Shown here piece by piece: positions 1 through 9,737 of a stretch of 64,000 nucleotides of DNA; positions within the stretch are counted from its first letter, which is position 1; every line of letters begins with the position of its first letter. This stretch comes from Planctomycetota bacterium (GTDB lineage: Bacteria; Planctomycetota; SZUA-567; H5-PLA8), in the NCBI GenBank assembly GCA_038227875.1, contig JBBRPR010000008.1, forward strand, positions 143,595 to 207,594, in the 5' to 3' direction. A model generated the notes under the pieces. It did not search any database and was not told where the DNA came from. It saw only the letters and a program-made list of their open reading frames with translations. A program made the position numbers and the translations under genes.

Positions 1-1
1 C

Positions 2-379
2 CGCCGGCTCGGTTACCGCTTCGTGCTGCGCCAGATCAACTTGCCGCTGGAAGCGAAACCCGGCGCGCGCATTCCGTTCTGGTACTGGGTTGAGAACATC
101 GGCGTCGCGCCGATCTACCGCCCCTACGTGCTGGCGCTGCGTTTCCGCCAGGGAAAGCAGAGCCACATCGCGAAAATCAAGACGGACATTCGCACCTGGC
201 TGCCTGGCGACTCGGTTCTCGGCGGCAATGTCGCTTTCCCGAAGGAACTCCGCCGCGGCGAAGTGGACGTGGACATCGCGATCCTCGACGAAAAAGCGCA
301 GAAGCCCAAAGTGCTCTTCGCGATGAAAGCCTGCGGCAATGACGGCTGGCATCCGTTGGGGAAAATGGATGTGGTGTGA
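2..379 (+). CDS. C-terminal part of a DUF4832-like protein (5' truncated by window)
   Basis: Frame open from base 2 (RRLGYRFVLRQ...WVENIGVAPIY...DIRTWLPG); LGYRF and NxGxAPxY motifs resemble DUF4832. Confidence 0.65.
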   Translation, partial: RRLGYRFVLRQINLPLEAKPGARIPFWYWVENIGVAPIYRPYVLALRFRQGKQSHIAKIKTDIRTWLPGDSVLGGNVAFPKELRRGEVDVDIAILDEKAQKPKVLFAMKACGNDGWHPLGKMDVV

Positions 380-394
380 GGCGTCGGAGAGTTT

Positions 395-1774
395 CTACTG
401 GCCGGCGATCAGTTCAACGTCGTCGATGTAACACTCGCCGACGCCATATCCCCAGAATTCGAGGCGCGAGATGCGCGAACCGACGGGGATTTTGACGGGT
501 TGTTGATTGTCGTCTTTGAAATCGCTGAGGGTCAATTCCACGGAGGTCCACGCGCCTTTTTTGGGATCGCGGTTGGTTACTTTGCAGTACTTCGCGTCAT
601 CAGTCCCCGGTGGAATAAAACCCACCACGGTATCGGTGGACAGATGCGTATTGAAATAGGAAAAGCGCACTTTCATACCTTCCGTAGCCACGGCAAGGGT
701 GGTGGTTTTATAAATGGGTGAGGTATTGGGGTAGGCGTATGGGTAGATGCCGCCGCGGGTATCATTGCCGCTTCCCGCACCCAATTTCAACGCTTTGCCG
801 GGCCGGTTGCCGGGCAGACTTCCCGTGACGGTTCCAAAGTTAATGCCGTATGCAGTGGTCTCGAAGTCCTCTTTGAACGCCGAGGAGCCCGCGGCCACCG
901 CCGCCGGTGGTGCCTCTGGCGTGACTGCTGCAGGCGGAGCTGGAGGCGGTGGCGGAGGCGCGTTCGCAGCCTCTTCGGCTTTCTTCAATCCCGAGAGCAT
1001 CGCGCGGGCACGCGCGGCAGCCAGCGTATCCGGATTGGCATCCTTCACGAACTGGTCGAGCTGCTTGATTTTTCCAGCGGCGTCTTCCTTGGCGATGGCG
1101 AGGAGCACCTTGTCGTAGGCCCCCTGTGCAATCGCTTCGGGATCGGTCTTGGAATTCGAACCACCCATCCCGGCGGGCGCGGCAAGCGGCGGGGGTGGGG
1201 GCGGTGGTGGTGGAGTTTGTGGCTGAGGTAATGCGTCACCAGTTTGGCGCGCCGAAGCGGTACGAGTATCTTCGACGCGTCGCGTGTTGGTGGATTCCAC
1301 CGTGGTTTCCGTGCGGGTGGCCGTGCCGCTGGCCGCACTGCTGGTCGTGCTTGAGGATTGCGCGGCTTTCTTTTCCGTCTTGTCCCCAGAGAACATGAAC
1401 ACCAGGCCGACGAGCATCACAAATCCACCGGCGATGCCCAGGCCGATGATCATGTTGTTCTGCCGCGAGGCTTCGGACGTCCGCGGCGGCGGCTTCTCGG
1501 TGTTGATCTGCGTTTTCTTATGCGTGCGGGGCGGTGTCGCGTTGGGCAGCGGAACAGGACCTGGCACGTACCCATGCGCGTGCCCGTGTGCGGGATGAGG
1601 TGCCACGGTGATGCCATCGCCCGAGGGCCGTTTGGAAACGCCGGTCAACGCCGGCAATGGAACGGCCGACGGCCGGCACTTATCGCAGCGCACCTTGCCG
1701 TCGTCGGTCAGACCGCGCGTGACTTCATTTGTCGGAACGCGGATCCCGCAGTCGTCGCAATACACGATTTCCAT
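395..1774 (-). CDS. Membrane-anchored protein: N-terminal Zn-ribbon, Pro-rich linkers, one TM helix, C-terminal beta-sandwich/CBM-like domain
   Basis: Probable start MEIVYCDDC; CDDC...CDKC; TM IIGLGIAGGFVMLVGLVFMF; ends YIDDVELI. Confidence 0.65.
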   Translation of the reverse strand: MEIVYCDDCGIRVPTNEVTRGLTDDGKVRCDKCRPSAVPLPALTGVSKRPSGDGITVAPHPAHGHAHGYVPGPVPLPNATPPRTHKKTQINTEKPPPRTSEASRQNNMIIGLGIAGGFVMLVGLVFMFSGDKTEKKAAQSSSTTSSAASGTATRTETTVESTNTRRVEDTRTASARQTGDALPQPQTPPPPPPPPPLAAPAGMGGSNSKTDPEAIAQGAYDKVLLAIAKEDAAGKIKQLDQFVKDANPDTLAAARARAMLSGLKKAEEAANAPPPPPPAPPAAVTPEAPPAAVAAGSSAFKEDFETTAYGINFGTVTGSLPGNRPGKALKLGAGSGNDTRGGIYPYAYPNTSPIYKTTTLAVATEGMKVRFSYFNTHLSTDTVVGFIPPGTDDAKYCKVTNRDPKKGAWTSVELTLSDFKDDNQQPVKIPVGSRISRLEFWGYGVGECYIDDVELIAGQ

Positions 1775-2016
1775 GCTTTTAGAAAGCATAGTCGGCGCAC
1801 GAACAGGCACAATCATTCAACTTCAGAATTTTCCAGGCCGCGCCTCTCCAGCTCTCATTGGATCAACGCACTGGGTTGAGGGGAAAAAAGTAAAATGCAG
1901 CACTGCTCATGTGCTCTTTGCAGTCCATTGAATGATCGTTCAGCTCCGGCGTCTATCGTTGTAAGAACTCTGTCCCGGCGCTACAGTGACGGGCCACCGT
2001 TCGAAGGAGGTGCCGA

Positions 2017-3060
2017 ATGCGTTTTGTGCTTACGATCCTGCTGGCAGTTCTGCTGCTCCCTGCGTTTTCGCGCGCCGAAGAAGCGCGCATCTCCGAAGAA
2101 TTCGCGGACGGGTCCGGGTTTTCGTACCAGGCGCCCAGCGGCTGGAAGGTGATGGGTCGCGAAGGCCAGCCCTTCAAAGTGGTGCTGAATGAGGCCGCTG
2201 CCGTCGACGGTCTGGCTCCGAACATCATGATCAAAGACGGCGTATTTCCGGGCACGATGGAAGCCTTCGCCGAACAGACGCGCGCGGGATTTAAAAAAGC
2301 CTATCCTAATTTCAATGAACTCGGCGCAGACATGCTGCACACCGAAGGCGGCGCTGATTTCATCCGCATCACCGCGACCAATGAACTCAAAGGCCACAAA
2401 GTCCGGCAGACCTATTTCCTCTATGATGGGCCCCGCAACATCAAACTCGCGATGACCGTGACCGTGCCGGTTACAGTGGCCGAACGCTTCGATGGCGTGC
2501 TGGAAATCACTGCCAAGAGTTTCCGCTTCGAATCCGGAATCGTCGTCAGCACCGTGCTCTCGTCTCACTTCGCCGACATGATGAAACGGATGGTCGATCA
2601 AATTAAGACCAGCGGCGAACTGGGTAAGGATCCCACCGACGACGTGATCAAGCTCAAGGCGCTCGATCCCGTTTTCACCGGCCTGACGTCCGAGCATGCA
2701 CTGGAAGTGACCAAGCCCCAGGAACGCGATTTCGTGGCGGGAAAATTTCTGGAAGAAAGCAATCAGAAGATTCTCAACGACCTCTGTTCCTTCATCGAAG
2801 TCTTCAAGACGGAGAAGCCGGTCGCGGCGAAGTTCGTGATTGCGGAGCAGAAGGCCGGCAAGCTCAAAGGCGCCGATGTCGAAGTCGGCATCCGCATCAT
2901 GAAGTGGAGTTTGAACAAACTGAAGGAATCGCTGAAGGTCAATCAGCAGACGAAGGATCTCGAACATCCCGACCCGGCCGTCGGGCCGAAAACTCCGCCG
3001 ATTCCGCCGCTGGCTCCGTCCGTGGCGCCTGCGCCGAATGCGCCGCCTCCGTCCAAGTAA
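2017..3060 (+). CDS. Secreted hypothetical protein, N-terminal PsbP/DcrB-like domain
   Basis: SD AAGGAGGT upstream; signal peptide MRFVLTILLAVLLLPAFSRA; GFSYQAPSGW...SFRFE pattern. Confidence 0.6.
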   Translation: MRFVLTILLAVLLLPAFSRAEEARISEEFADGSGFSYQAPSGWKVMGREGQPFKVVLNEAAAVDGLAPNIMIKDGVFPGTMEAFAEQTRAGFKKAYPNFNELGADMLHTEGGADFIRITATNELKGHKVRQTYFLYDGPRNIKLAMTVTVPVTVAERFDGVLEITAKSFRFESGIVVSTVLSSHFADMMKRMVDQIKTSGELGKDPTDDVIKLKALDPVFTGLTSEHALEVTKPQERDFVAGKFLEESNQKILNDLCSFIEVFKTEKPVAAKFVIAEQKAGKLKGADVEVGIRIMKWSLNKLKESLKVNQQTKDLEHPDPAVGPKTPPIPPLAPSVAPAPNAPPPSK

Positions 3061-3096
3061 GTCCCAGCGCCGCAGCGACAGCATGAAAGGCCGTGA

Positions 3097-5082
3097 ATGC
3101 CGTTTCGCCACCGCTTGCGTTTGATGCTGCCGCCGCTGCTGGTGGTACTTGTGAGCCTCTGTCTGCCCGCCGCCGCATTGACACTCGCCGCCGCAAGCTG
3201 GAACGACATGCTGCAGATGGCCGACCGCGTTGTCTCCGCGCGCGTGGCCAGCGTGCAGGCTGAAGCGACTTCCGAACCCGGGGCGCACGGCATCTGTACG
3301 CGTGTGCGGTTGACGGATGTCTCAGTGCTCTCTGGAAAAGCAGAGCGCACTTCCATTGATCTAATTCTGCCGGGTGGAACGCTCGGCCATCGCCAGCTTC
3401 GCGTACCTGGCGCGCCCGCGTTCGTGGCGGGAGAAACGGCGGTGCTGTTTCTGCGCACCGCCGATGAGCCCGGAGCGTACCATCTCTGTGGCTACGGCAT
3501 GGGCGTGCTGCGCGTGAGAAACGATGGCGTCGTCATTCCTGATCTGCCCGTCGAAAACGGTCCGCCCTCGTCGGGCGAAACGCTGAACGATTTTCTCCAG
3601 CGCTTCCCGCTCGCCTCCGGGACTGCCGTGCCGCCCGCAGCGGTCACTACGCCGGCGCATTCGCAATTCGTCGGCTGGAGTGGCCTCGCGGTACTCTCCG
3701 CGCTGTTGCTGGCGCTGGGGATCGTGCTGCGCAGACGCCGTCGCTCCCCGCTGATTGCGGTGATACTCGGCGCGCTGCTGAGTGCGCTGCTTCCCGCGCC
3801 GCGTATTTTGGCTGATGCGGCCTCGCGAGCCCCGTTTAACTATACGCTCGAAGGCTCGCACTGGGATCTCAACGCGCCGTTGATTGATCGCATCTCCGCA
3901 GGGCGTATTCTCTGGTTTCAAGGCAAGACGACCAAAGATCTCAGTGCCGCTGCCGCATTTGGAACCATTGCGGCGTCATTTCAGCAGTGGGAAGACGTAC
4001 CGGCTTCCGCGGTCGCGTTTCGCATGGCCGGATTATCCGTCGACGCAGGCAGCGCCGACGATCAGCGCAACGTCGTTTCGTTCCTGATCAAACCGCCGCG
4101 TTCCGGTTTCGATACCCGTACGCTGGCGCTCACGTATCTGCTCGGCGATGCCTCCGGCACCACGTTTACCGACACGGATACCGTCTTTAACGACAAGGAC
4201 ATTACGTGGGTTGTTTCCGGGGCGCGCTACTCGCTGGACGTGGTCTCGCTCCACGAGATCGGCCACGTCATCGGCCTTGGTCACAGTACGAGCTTATCCG
4301 ACGCGATGTATCCGGTGGCGCAGGGCGTCAACGTCTTGAGCGACTCCGACAAAGCCGGCGCGGTGGTGCTCTATCCGCTCAACACCGTCGTGCCGATCAC
4401 CTCGGCATATGCGTGTCCACGGCTGGGCGCAGCACCGCTCTCGGTTGCGTTTTCCTCAGACGGCACGACCGCCGGCACCGGCGTGCCCTTGACCGTGCAG
4501 TGGGATTTTGGCGATGGCACGCCGGTCTCGTCGGAACTCAATCCGACTCACGTTTACACCGCACCGGGAACATACACCGCCCGGCTGACGATCCCGGGCG
4601 TTCCACTGGCGCCACCCAGCTTGACGTTGATTCGCGTCAACGCGCCGACCGGCAGCCCAACACTCAAGAAATTCCAATATCAGGTCTCGCTGCTGGCGGC
4701 CGCACGCGGTAGAGACACGGTCAGCGCCACGGTCGACGGAGTGAACTTCACCTCTGGCGACACGCTAATTGTGATGGTCGGCGGCGTGGCGCTCTCGTCG
4801 CAGTCGGTAGCTGGCGGAACGCTCGCAACGAATTTCAATCCCGCCAAACGTGAATTGAAATTGCAGCTCAACGGCGCGGCGCTAGGACGCACGTTTGATT
4901 TCCGCGACCGCAGCAGCACGGCGAAAGCGGGGATCGTTACGCTGCCGTTCGACCTTCTGGTGACGCATGCCGATCAGTCCGTGACGCTTTACGACACTAC
5001 GGTAACATTCAATTTCACCGTGAAGACCGGGAGGACGGCCACTGGCATCGTGGAAAAATCCATTCAGGCGAAGAAGCGCTAA
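3097..5082 (+). CDS. Matrixin (M10/metzincin) metalloprotease with PKD domain
   Basis: HEIGHVIGLGH zinc motif, Met-turn AMYP, PKD motif WDFGDG...PTHVYTAPGTY, signal peptide. Confidence 0.85.
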   Translation: MPFRHRLRLMLPPLLVVLVSLCLPAAALTLAAASWNDMLQMADRVVSARVASVQAEATSEPGAHGICTRVRLTDVSVLSGKAERTSIDLILPGGTLGHRQLRVPGAPAFVAGETAVLFLRTADEPGAYHLCGYGMGVLRVRNDGVVIPDLPVENGPPSSGETLNDFLQRFPLASGTAVPPAAVTTPAHSQFVGWSGLAVLSALLLALGIVLRRRRRSPLIAVILGALLSALLPAPRILADAASRAPFNYTLEGSHWDLNAPLIDRISAGRILWFQGKTTKDLSAAAAFGTIAASFQQWEDVPASAVAFRMAGLSVDAGSADDQRNVVSFLIKPPRSGFDTRTLALTYLLGDASGTTFTDTDTVFNDKDITWVVSGARYSLDVVSLHEIGHVIGLGHSTSLSDAMYPVAQGVNVLSDSDKAGAVVLYPLNTVVPITSAYACPRLGAAPLSVAFSSDGTTAGTGVPLTVQWDFGDGTPVSSELNPTHVYTAPGTYTARLTIPGVPLAPPSLTLIRVNAPTGSPTLKKFQYQVSLLAAARGRDTVSATVDGVNFTSGDTLIVMVGGVALSSQSVAGGTLATNFNPAKRELKLQLNGAALGRTFDFRDRSSTAKAGIVTLPFDLLVTHADQSVTLYDTTVTFNFTVKTGRTATGIVEKSIQAKKR

Positions 5083-5084
5083 CC

Positions 5085-5603
5085 ATGGCCATCTCATCCG
5101 CATTGCGCGCCGCCTATGATCGCGCCTTGACGCAAAGCAATGCGAATCTTGCGCTGGCTGCCGACGACGCGCTGCTGACGAAGAAAGTCGACCGCATTTC
5201 GCACTGGACCGTCGCGCAGCATCTGGAGCACATCGCGCTGGTGAATCTGGGCATCATCACGCGCGTTCACGAAGCCCTTAAGACCACGCCGGAGAATTCC
5301 AGCGGCCGCGTCTCGTTGCTGGGTTGCGTGGTGTTGTGGACGGGCACGATTCCGCGCGGCCGCGGCAAGGCGCCGGTGCCGACGATGCCGCAACTCACAT
5401 CCTTCGAAGACGTTCGCAAGAAACTGACCGCCGCGCGGGAAACCCTGGTCGCGCTGGAAGCTCAGTTGCCGGAAGTTCAAACCGCGCGAGGCCGGAGTCC
5501 TCACCCGGCCCTGGGCATGTTCACCGCCGCGCATTGGGTGCGCTTCATTCCGATTCACACGCATCATCACGATAAAATCGTTCACGAAATCCGCCACGCA
5601 TGA
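5085..5603 (+). CDS. DinB family protein
   Basis: WTVAQHLEHI and C-terminal HTHHH motifs; HPALG. Confidence 0.8.
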   Translation: MAISSALRAAYDRALTQSNANLALAADDALLTKKVDRISHWTVAQHLEHIALVNLGIITRVHEALKTTPENSSGRVSLLGCVVLWTGTIPRGRGKAPVPTMPQLTSFEDVRKKLTAARETLVALEAQLPEVQTARGRSPHPALGMFTAAHWVRFIPIHTHHHDKIVHEIRHA

Positions 5604-6019
5604 GCACCCCCGCGCCAACACCCCAACCTGCGATGCGCGCTCGAGCCGGAGAGGGCGGGGGCTTGCCCAAGGGGCTCTCGCTCTTCCGCTTCATTCTCTT
5701 CAGTTCGCTGATGCTCGGCGCCGTCTATGGCGGAGTGTCGCTCCATTTCAACACGCCGCCGGCGATCGGCGATACCCCGCCGGGGGGCGTATCGTCGGCC
5801 GAGTGGCAGCCCAATCCCGTCTGGCTGCCGGCGTATGTCGCCTTGAAGACAAATTTGGGGGTGTCGCACACCGTCGCCGGCTATCTATATTCCAGCCGCC
5901 TGGGGTATGCGCTCCACGCCACGGCGACTCTGGTTCTGGGCATCGCGATGCTGGGGTTGATCGGTTGGTTTGGCGGCGAAGCCGTGCGCAAATGGGCGGT
6001 GCGAAAACGCTACGAATAG
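5600..6019 (+). CDS. Hypothetical membrane protein
   Basis: ATGA overlap with DinB gene; two hydrophobic segments. Confidence 0.6.
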   Translation: MSTPAPTPQPAMRARAGEGGGLPKGLSLFRFILFSSLMLGAVYGGVSLHFNTPPAIGDTPPGGVSSAEWQPNPVWLPAYVALKTNLGVSHTVAGYLYSSRLGYALHATATLVLGIAMLGLIGWFGGEAVRKWAVRKRYE

Positions 6020-6027
6020 GCTTGGGT

Positions 6028-6059
6028 GGAACCCTGGTTCAAATTTGAACAAGGGTTCC
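6028..6059. promoter_or_regulatory. 32-bp near-perfect palindrome (operator or hairpin)
   Basis: GGAACCCTGGTTCAAA|TTTGAACAAGGGTTCC, one mismatch. Confidence 0.45.
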
Positions 6060-6399
6060 CAGAATCGATAGGAGTCTCGCGGTTCAGCATCGGACTCATG
6101 GTAGCAGTGCTGAAATTGAGTCAGAACGATGTAAAGGAGACTTGGAAGCGACCGATCTAACAGGTAGGGGACAAAATACGCTTGCGTAGAATCACGTTAA
6201 GCGTTTCTAATGAGGCACTTGTGCTCCATATTCAAAAATCAAATAGGTCTAACTGATTTTTTTTATGGAAATGAATACCCATTAAGGTAGCATGAACCTT
6301 AGAATGTAAGGCCACGGGTGCCGTTTTGGGGTCCGCAACCCCTGGTCTGGCCTTAAAAAGATAGGCAAGGCAACCTCATCCAACAGGGGGACACGAGCA

Positions 6400-8259
6400 A
6401 TGAGTAGTACTTTGGCCGCGCAGCCCGCTTCCGCCAAGTCGAAGCCGGCTGGGCAGCCGATCATCAATGACTTCTCCATTCAAGTCGCAACGATGAATGG
6501 GTCCGGCAGCCAGTCTTCCAACAGTGTCCTGATGCGTGCCATCTTTCAGATGGGTATCCCCGTCAGCGGCAAAAATCTGTTCCCATCCAACATCCAGGGT
6601 CTTCCGACGTGGTTTACCATCCGCGCCAACAAAGACGGCTACATCGGCCGTAAAAAAGAGATCGACATCCTCGTCTGCATGAATCCCGAGACCGCCGTTG
6701 ACGACGTCAAGGCGCTGGATCCCGGATCCGTGTGCGTCTATGACGCTCCGTTGCGCCTCAATAAGATTCGCAGCGATGTGGAATTCTACGAAGTTCCCTT
6801 CGCCAAGCTCGCTGCCTCGGTGCCGGACGTCGACCCCAAGATTCGCAAGCTACTGGCCAACATGTGCTACGTCGGCGTGCTTGCGCAGCTGCTCGATATC
6901 GAGTTCCCCGAAATCGAAAAGGCGCTGGCCAAGCAGTTCAAGGGCAAGGCCAAGGCTGTCGGCGTGAACGTGCTCGCGGCGAAAGCCGGCGTGGAGTACG
7001 CCCGCGAAAGCCTGCCGAAGCTCGACCGCTTCAAGCTCCGCCGCATGGACAAAACGGCTGGCAAGATCATCATCGAAGGCAACGCCGCGGCGGCCATCGG
7101 CTGTCTGCTCGGCGGTTGTACGGTGGTGGCCTGGTACCCGATCACGCCGTCTTCCAGCCTGCCGGAAAGCTTCATTCCGCTCGCCCGCAAGTACCGCATG
7201 GACCCTGTCACCGGCAAGGCCACCTACGCGATCGTTCAGGCCGAAGACGAACTGGCCAGCTTAGGCATGGTTCTCGGCGCCGGCTGGGCCGGAGCACGCG
7301 CGATGACATCGACGTCCGGGCCGGGCATCAGCCTGATGTCGGAATTCGCCGGACTGGCGTACTACGCGGAAATCCCGGCGGTGATCTTCGACGTTCAGCG
7401 CGTCGGACCGTCGACGGGACTGCCGACCCGCACCATGCAGGGCGACCTGCTCAGCACTGCGTTCTTGAGCCACGGCGACTCCAAGCAGATCATGATGCTG
7501 CCGGGCACCGTTCAGGAATGCTGCGAGTTCGCGACCGAATCGTTCAACATCGCCGAACAGTTCCAGGCGCCGGTTTTCGTGCTGCTGGACCTGGACCTGG
7601 GCATGAACAACTGGATGGCCGATCCGTTCCCGTATCCGACCACGCCGATCAACCGCGGCAAGGTCCTCAACGCCGCCGACCTCGAGAAGCTCAAAGCGGC
7701 CGGCAAGACGTTCGAACGTTATCGCGACGTGGACGGCGACGGCATTCCGTACCGCACGCTGCCGGGCACCGAACATCCGATGGCGGCGTACTTCACGCGC
7801 GGCAGCGGACACAACGAGAAGGCGCTCTACAGCGAAAAGCCGCACGATTACGTCAACAACATCGACCGCCTCGCGCGGAAGTACGAGACGGCCAAGAAGG
7901 CGCTGCCTCAGCCCGTGGTCACCGGCGATTCCTCCACGGAAATCGGCGTGATCACCTGCGGCACCACCGACTGCCCGATGAAGGAAGCGACCGATCAGCT
8001 CGAAGCGCAGGGCGTGAAGATCGAATACATGCGCATCCGGGCGTTCCCCTTCGCGGATTCGATTCAGAAGTTCATCGACCGCAAGAAACGCATCTATGTC
8101 ATCGAACAGAACCGCGATGGCCAGTTGCTTGGCCTGTTGAAGCTGGAGATGGCTCCGGAATCGATCGTGAAGCTGCGCAGCATCCGCCACTACGACGGCA
8201 TGCCGATCGACGCGCGGACGATCAGTGACGCGGTCCTGAAGCAGGAAAACAAACGCTAA
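6400..8259 (+). CDS. korA: 2-oxoacid:acceptor (ferredoxin) oxidoreductase alpha subunit (gamma-alpha fusion)
   Basis: NGSGSQS, YPITPSS, QAEDELAS, TSGPGISLM, QRVGPSTGLPT motifs. Confidence 0.93.
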   Translation: MSSTLAAQPASAKSKPAGQPIINDFSIQVATMNGSGSQSSNSVLMRAIFQMGIPVSGKNLFPSNIQGLPTWFTIRANKDGYIGRKKEIDILVCMNPETAVDDVKALDPGSVCVYDAPLRLNKIRSDVEFYEVPFAKLAASVPDVDPKIRKLLANMCYVGVLAQLLDIEFPEIEKALAKQFKGKAKAVGVNVLAAKAGVEYARESLPKLDRFKLRRMDKTAGKIIIEGNAAAAIGCLLGGCTVVAWYPITPSSSLPESFIPLARKYRMDPVTGKATYAIVQAEDELASLGMVLGAGWAGARAMTSTSGPGISLMSEFAGLAYYAEIPAVIFDVQRVGPSTGLPTRTMQGDLLSTAFLSHGDSKQIMMLPGTVQECCEFATESFNIAEQFQAPVFVLLDLDLGMNNWMADPFPYPTTPINRGKVLNAADLEKLKAAGKTFERYRDVDGDGIPYRTLPGTEHPMAAYFTRGSGHNEKALYSEKPHDYVNNIDRLARKYETAKKALPQPVVTGDSSTEIGVITCGTTDCPMKEATDQLEAQGVKIEYMRIRAFPFADSIQKFIDRKKRIYVIEQNRDGQLLGLLKLEMAPESIVKLRSIRHYDGMPIDARTISDAVLKQENKR

Positions 8260-8333
8260 GAGAGCTGAATTTACTGCCGCAGGCGTTGCGCCTGCCTCAA
8301 CCTTGACGCTTGAAGAAAAGATGGAGTCTTAAA

Positions 8334-9398
8334 ATGCCCGACACAGCAACACCTCCCAAACCGCCGCCGGCGCCGGCACCGAAGACCAATAAGATCGGTC
8401 TGTCGGTCGACGCTTACAAGGGCGCGGAATCCACACTTTGTTCCGGTTGCGGACACGATTCGATCACGTCGCAGATCATCAAGTCGTGCTACGAGACCGG
8501 CATTTCGCCCTACCAGGTCGCGAAGCTCTCCGGCATCGGCTGCTCGTCCAAGACGCCGGCGTACTTCCTCAGTCTCGCGCACGGCTTCAACGCGGTGCAC
8601 GGCCGCATGCCGTCGGTCGCCACCGGCGCCAAGCTGGCCAATCGCAGCCTGCACGTCATCGGCGTCTCCGGCGACGGCGACACGGCCTCGATCGGCATGG
8701 GCCAGTTCGTCCATCTCGTCCGCCGCAATACCGACTGCGTGTACATCATCGAAAACAATGGCGTCTACGGCCTGACCAAGGGCCAGTTCTCCGCGACGGC
8801 CGACATGGGCTCCGCGCAGAAAAAGGGCGACATTAACGAAATGATCCCGATCGATTGCTGTGGTCTGGCGATCGAACTGGGCTGCACGTTCGTGGCACGC
8901 TCGTTCTCGGCCGACATGAAGCAGCTCAACGCGCTTCTGAAGATCGCGCTGCATCACAAGGGTACCGCGGTGCTGGACGTCGTCTCACCCTGCGTCACGT
9001 TCAACAATCACGAAGGTTCGACGAAGTCGTACAAGTACGCCAAGGACCATGAAATGGCGCTGCACGACATCGATTTCATCGAACAGTATGAACCGCAGGC
9101 GCCCGTCGACATTCCCGCCGGCGAATTGCGCGAAATCACGATGTACGATGGTTCCAAGGTGCGCCTGAAGAAGCTGGGTGACGATTACGATCCGACCGAT
9201 CGCAATAACGCTATCCAGACGCTGGAAAAGTCGCGCCGCGAAAGCCTGTTCCTCACCGGGTTGCTCTACCTCGACAAAACCCGCCGCCCGTTCGTGGAAC
9301 AGTGCAATCTGATCGACGAACCCCTGGCCACGCTCTCCGCCGACCGCGTCCGCCCGCCAAAGAAGGTGCTGGAAGAGATCATGGCGTCGCTGATGTAA
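8334..9398 (+). CDS. korB: 2-oxoacid:ferredoxin oxidoreductase beta subunit
   Basis: LCSGCGH, SGIGCSSK, HGR, TPP motif GDGD...ENN; SD GGAG before ATG 8334. Confidence 0.93.
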   Translation: MPDTATPPKPPPAPAPKTNKIGLSVDAYKGAESTLCSGCGHDSITSQIIKSCYETGISPYQVAKLSGIGCSSKTPAYFLSLAHGFNAVHGRMPSVATGAKLANRSLHVIGVSGDGDTASIGMGQFVHLVRRNTDCVYIIENNGVYGLTKGQFSATADMGSAQKKGDINEMIPIDCCGLAIELGCTFVARSFSADMKQLNALLKIALHHKGTAVLDVVSPCVTFNNHEGSTKSYKYAKDHEMALHDIDFIEQYEPQAPVDIPAGELREITMYDGSKVRLKKLGDDYDPTDRNNAIQTLEKSRRESLFLTGLLYLDKTRRPFVEQCNLIDEPLATLSADRVRPPKKVLEEIMASLM

Positions 9399-9400
9399 TG

Positions 9401-9431
9401 GAATGTCGAAGTGCGAATGTCGAATATCGAA
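9401..9431. repeat. Heptamer tandem tract (GAATGTC)n, single arm
   Basis: gaatgtc gaagtgc gaatgtc gaatatc gaa immediately after korB stop. Confidence 0.7.
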
Positions 9432-9433
9432 AG

Positions 9434-9463
9434 ACTCCCCGCGAAAGCGGGGAGTTTTCTTTT
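9434..9463 (+). terminator. Rho-independent terminator of korAB
   Basis: ACTCCCCGC-GAAA-GCGGGGAGT followed by TTTCTTTT. Confidence 0.9.
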
Positions 9464-9465
9464 AC

Positions 9466-9690
9466 TCTGGTGCCATGGATGTGCGGCGGCTTGAGCGTAG
9501 CGAAAGCGGCCGCTCATCCGTGCGGTAAGCATGGACTTCGCGGAGCGTGACGCACGGATGAGCATATTTCTTCGCTACGCTTAGAAATCTGCACATTACC
9601 GTGCGGTATGCATGGGCTACGCCGCGCGTCTCGCACGGATGAACGTATTTCTTCGCTACGCTCAGAAATCCGCGCATCCGTGGCACCAGA
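9466..9690. mobile_element. 225-bp MITE/REPIN-like inverted-repeat element with internal 81-bp duplication
   Basis: 39-bp imperfect terminal IRs (TCTGGTGCCAyGGATGyGCGG...TGAGCGTAGCGAA); direct repeat units start 9518 and 9599; perfect 13-bp inner stem 9512-9524/9551-9563. Confidence 0.65.
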
Positions 9691-9737
9691 TCAACGCGCC
9701 TCTTTCGCAAGGCAGCTTCATGGGGTATCATAACTAC

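Noticed and set aside
9518..9680. 81-bp direct repeats as a CRISPR array
   Set aside because: Only two units, similar along their whole length with no unique spacers, and no cas genes
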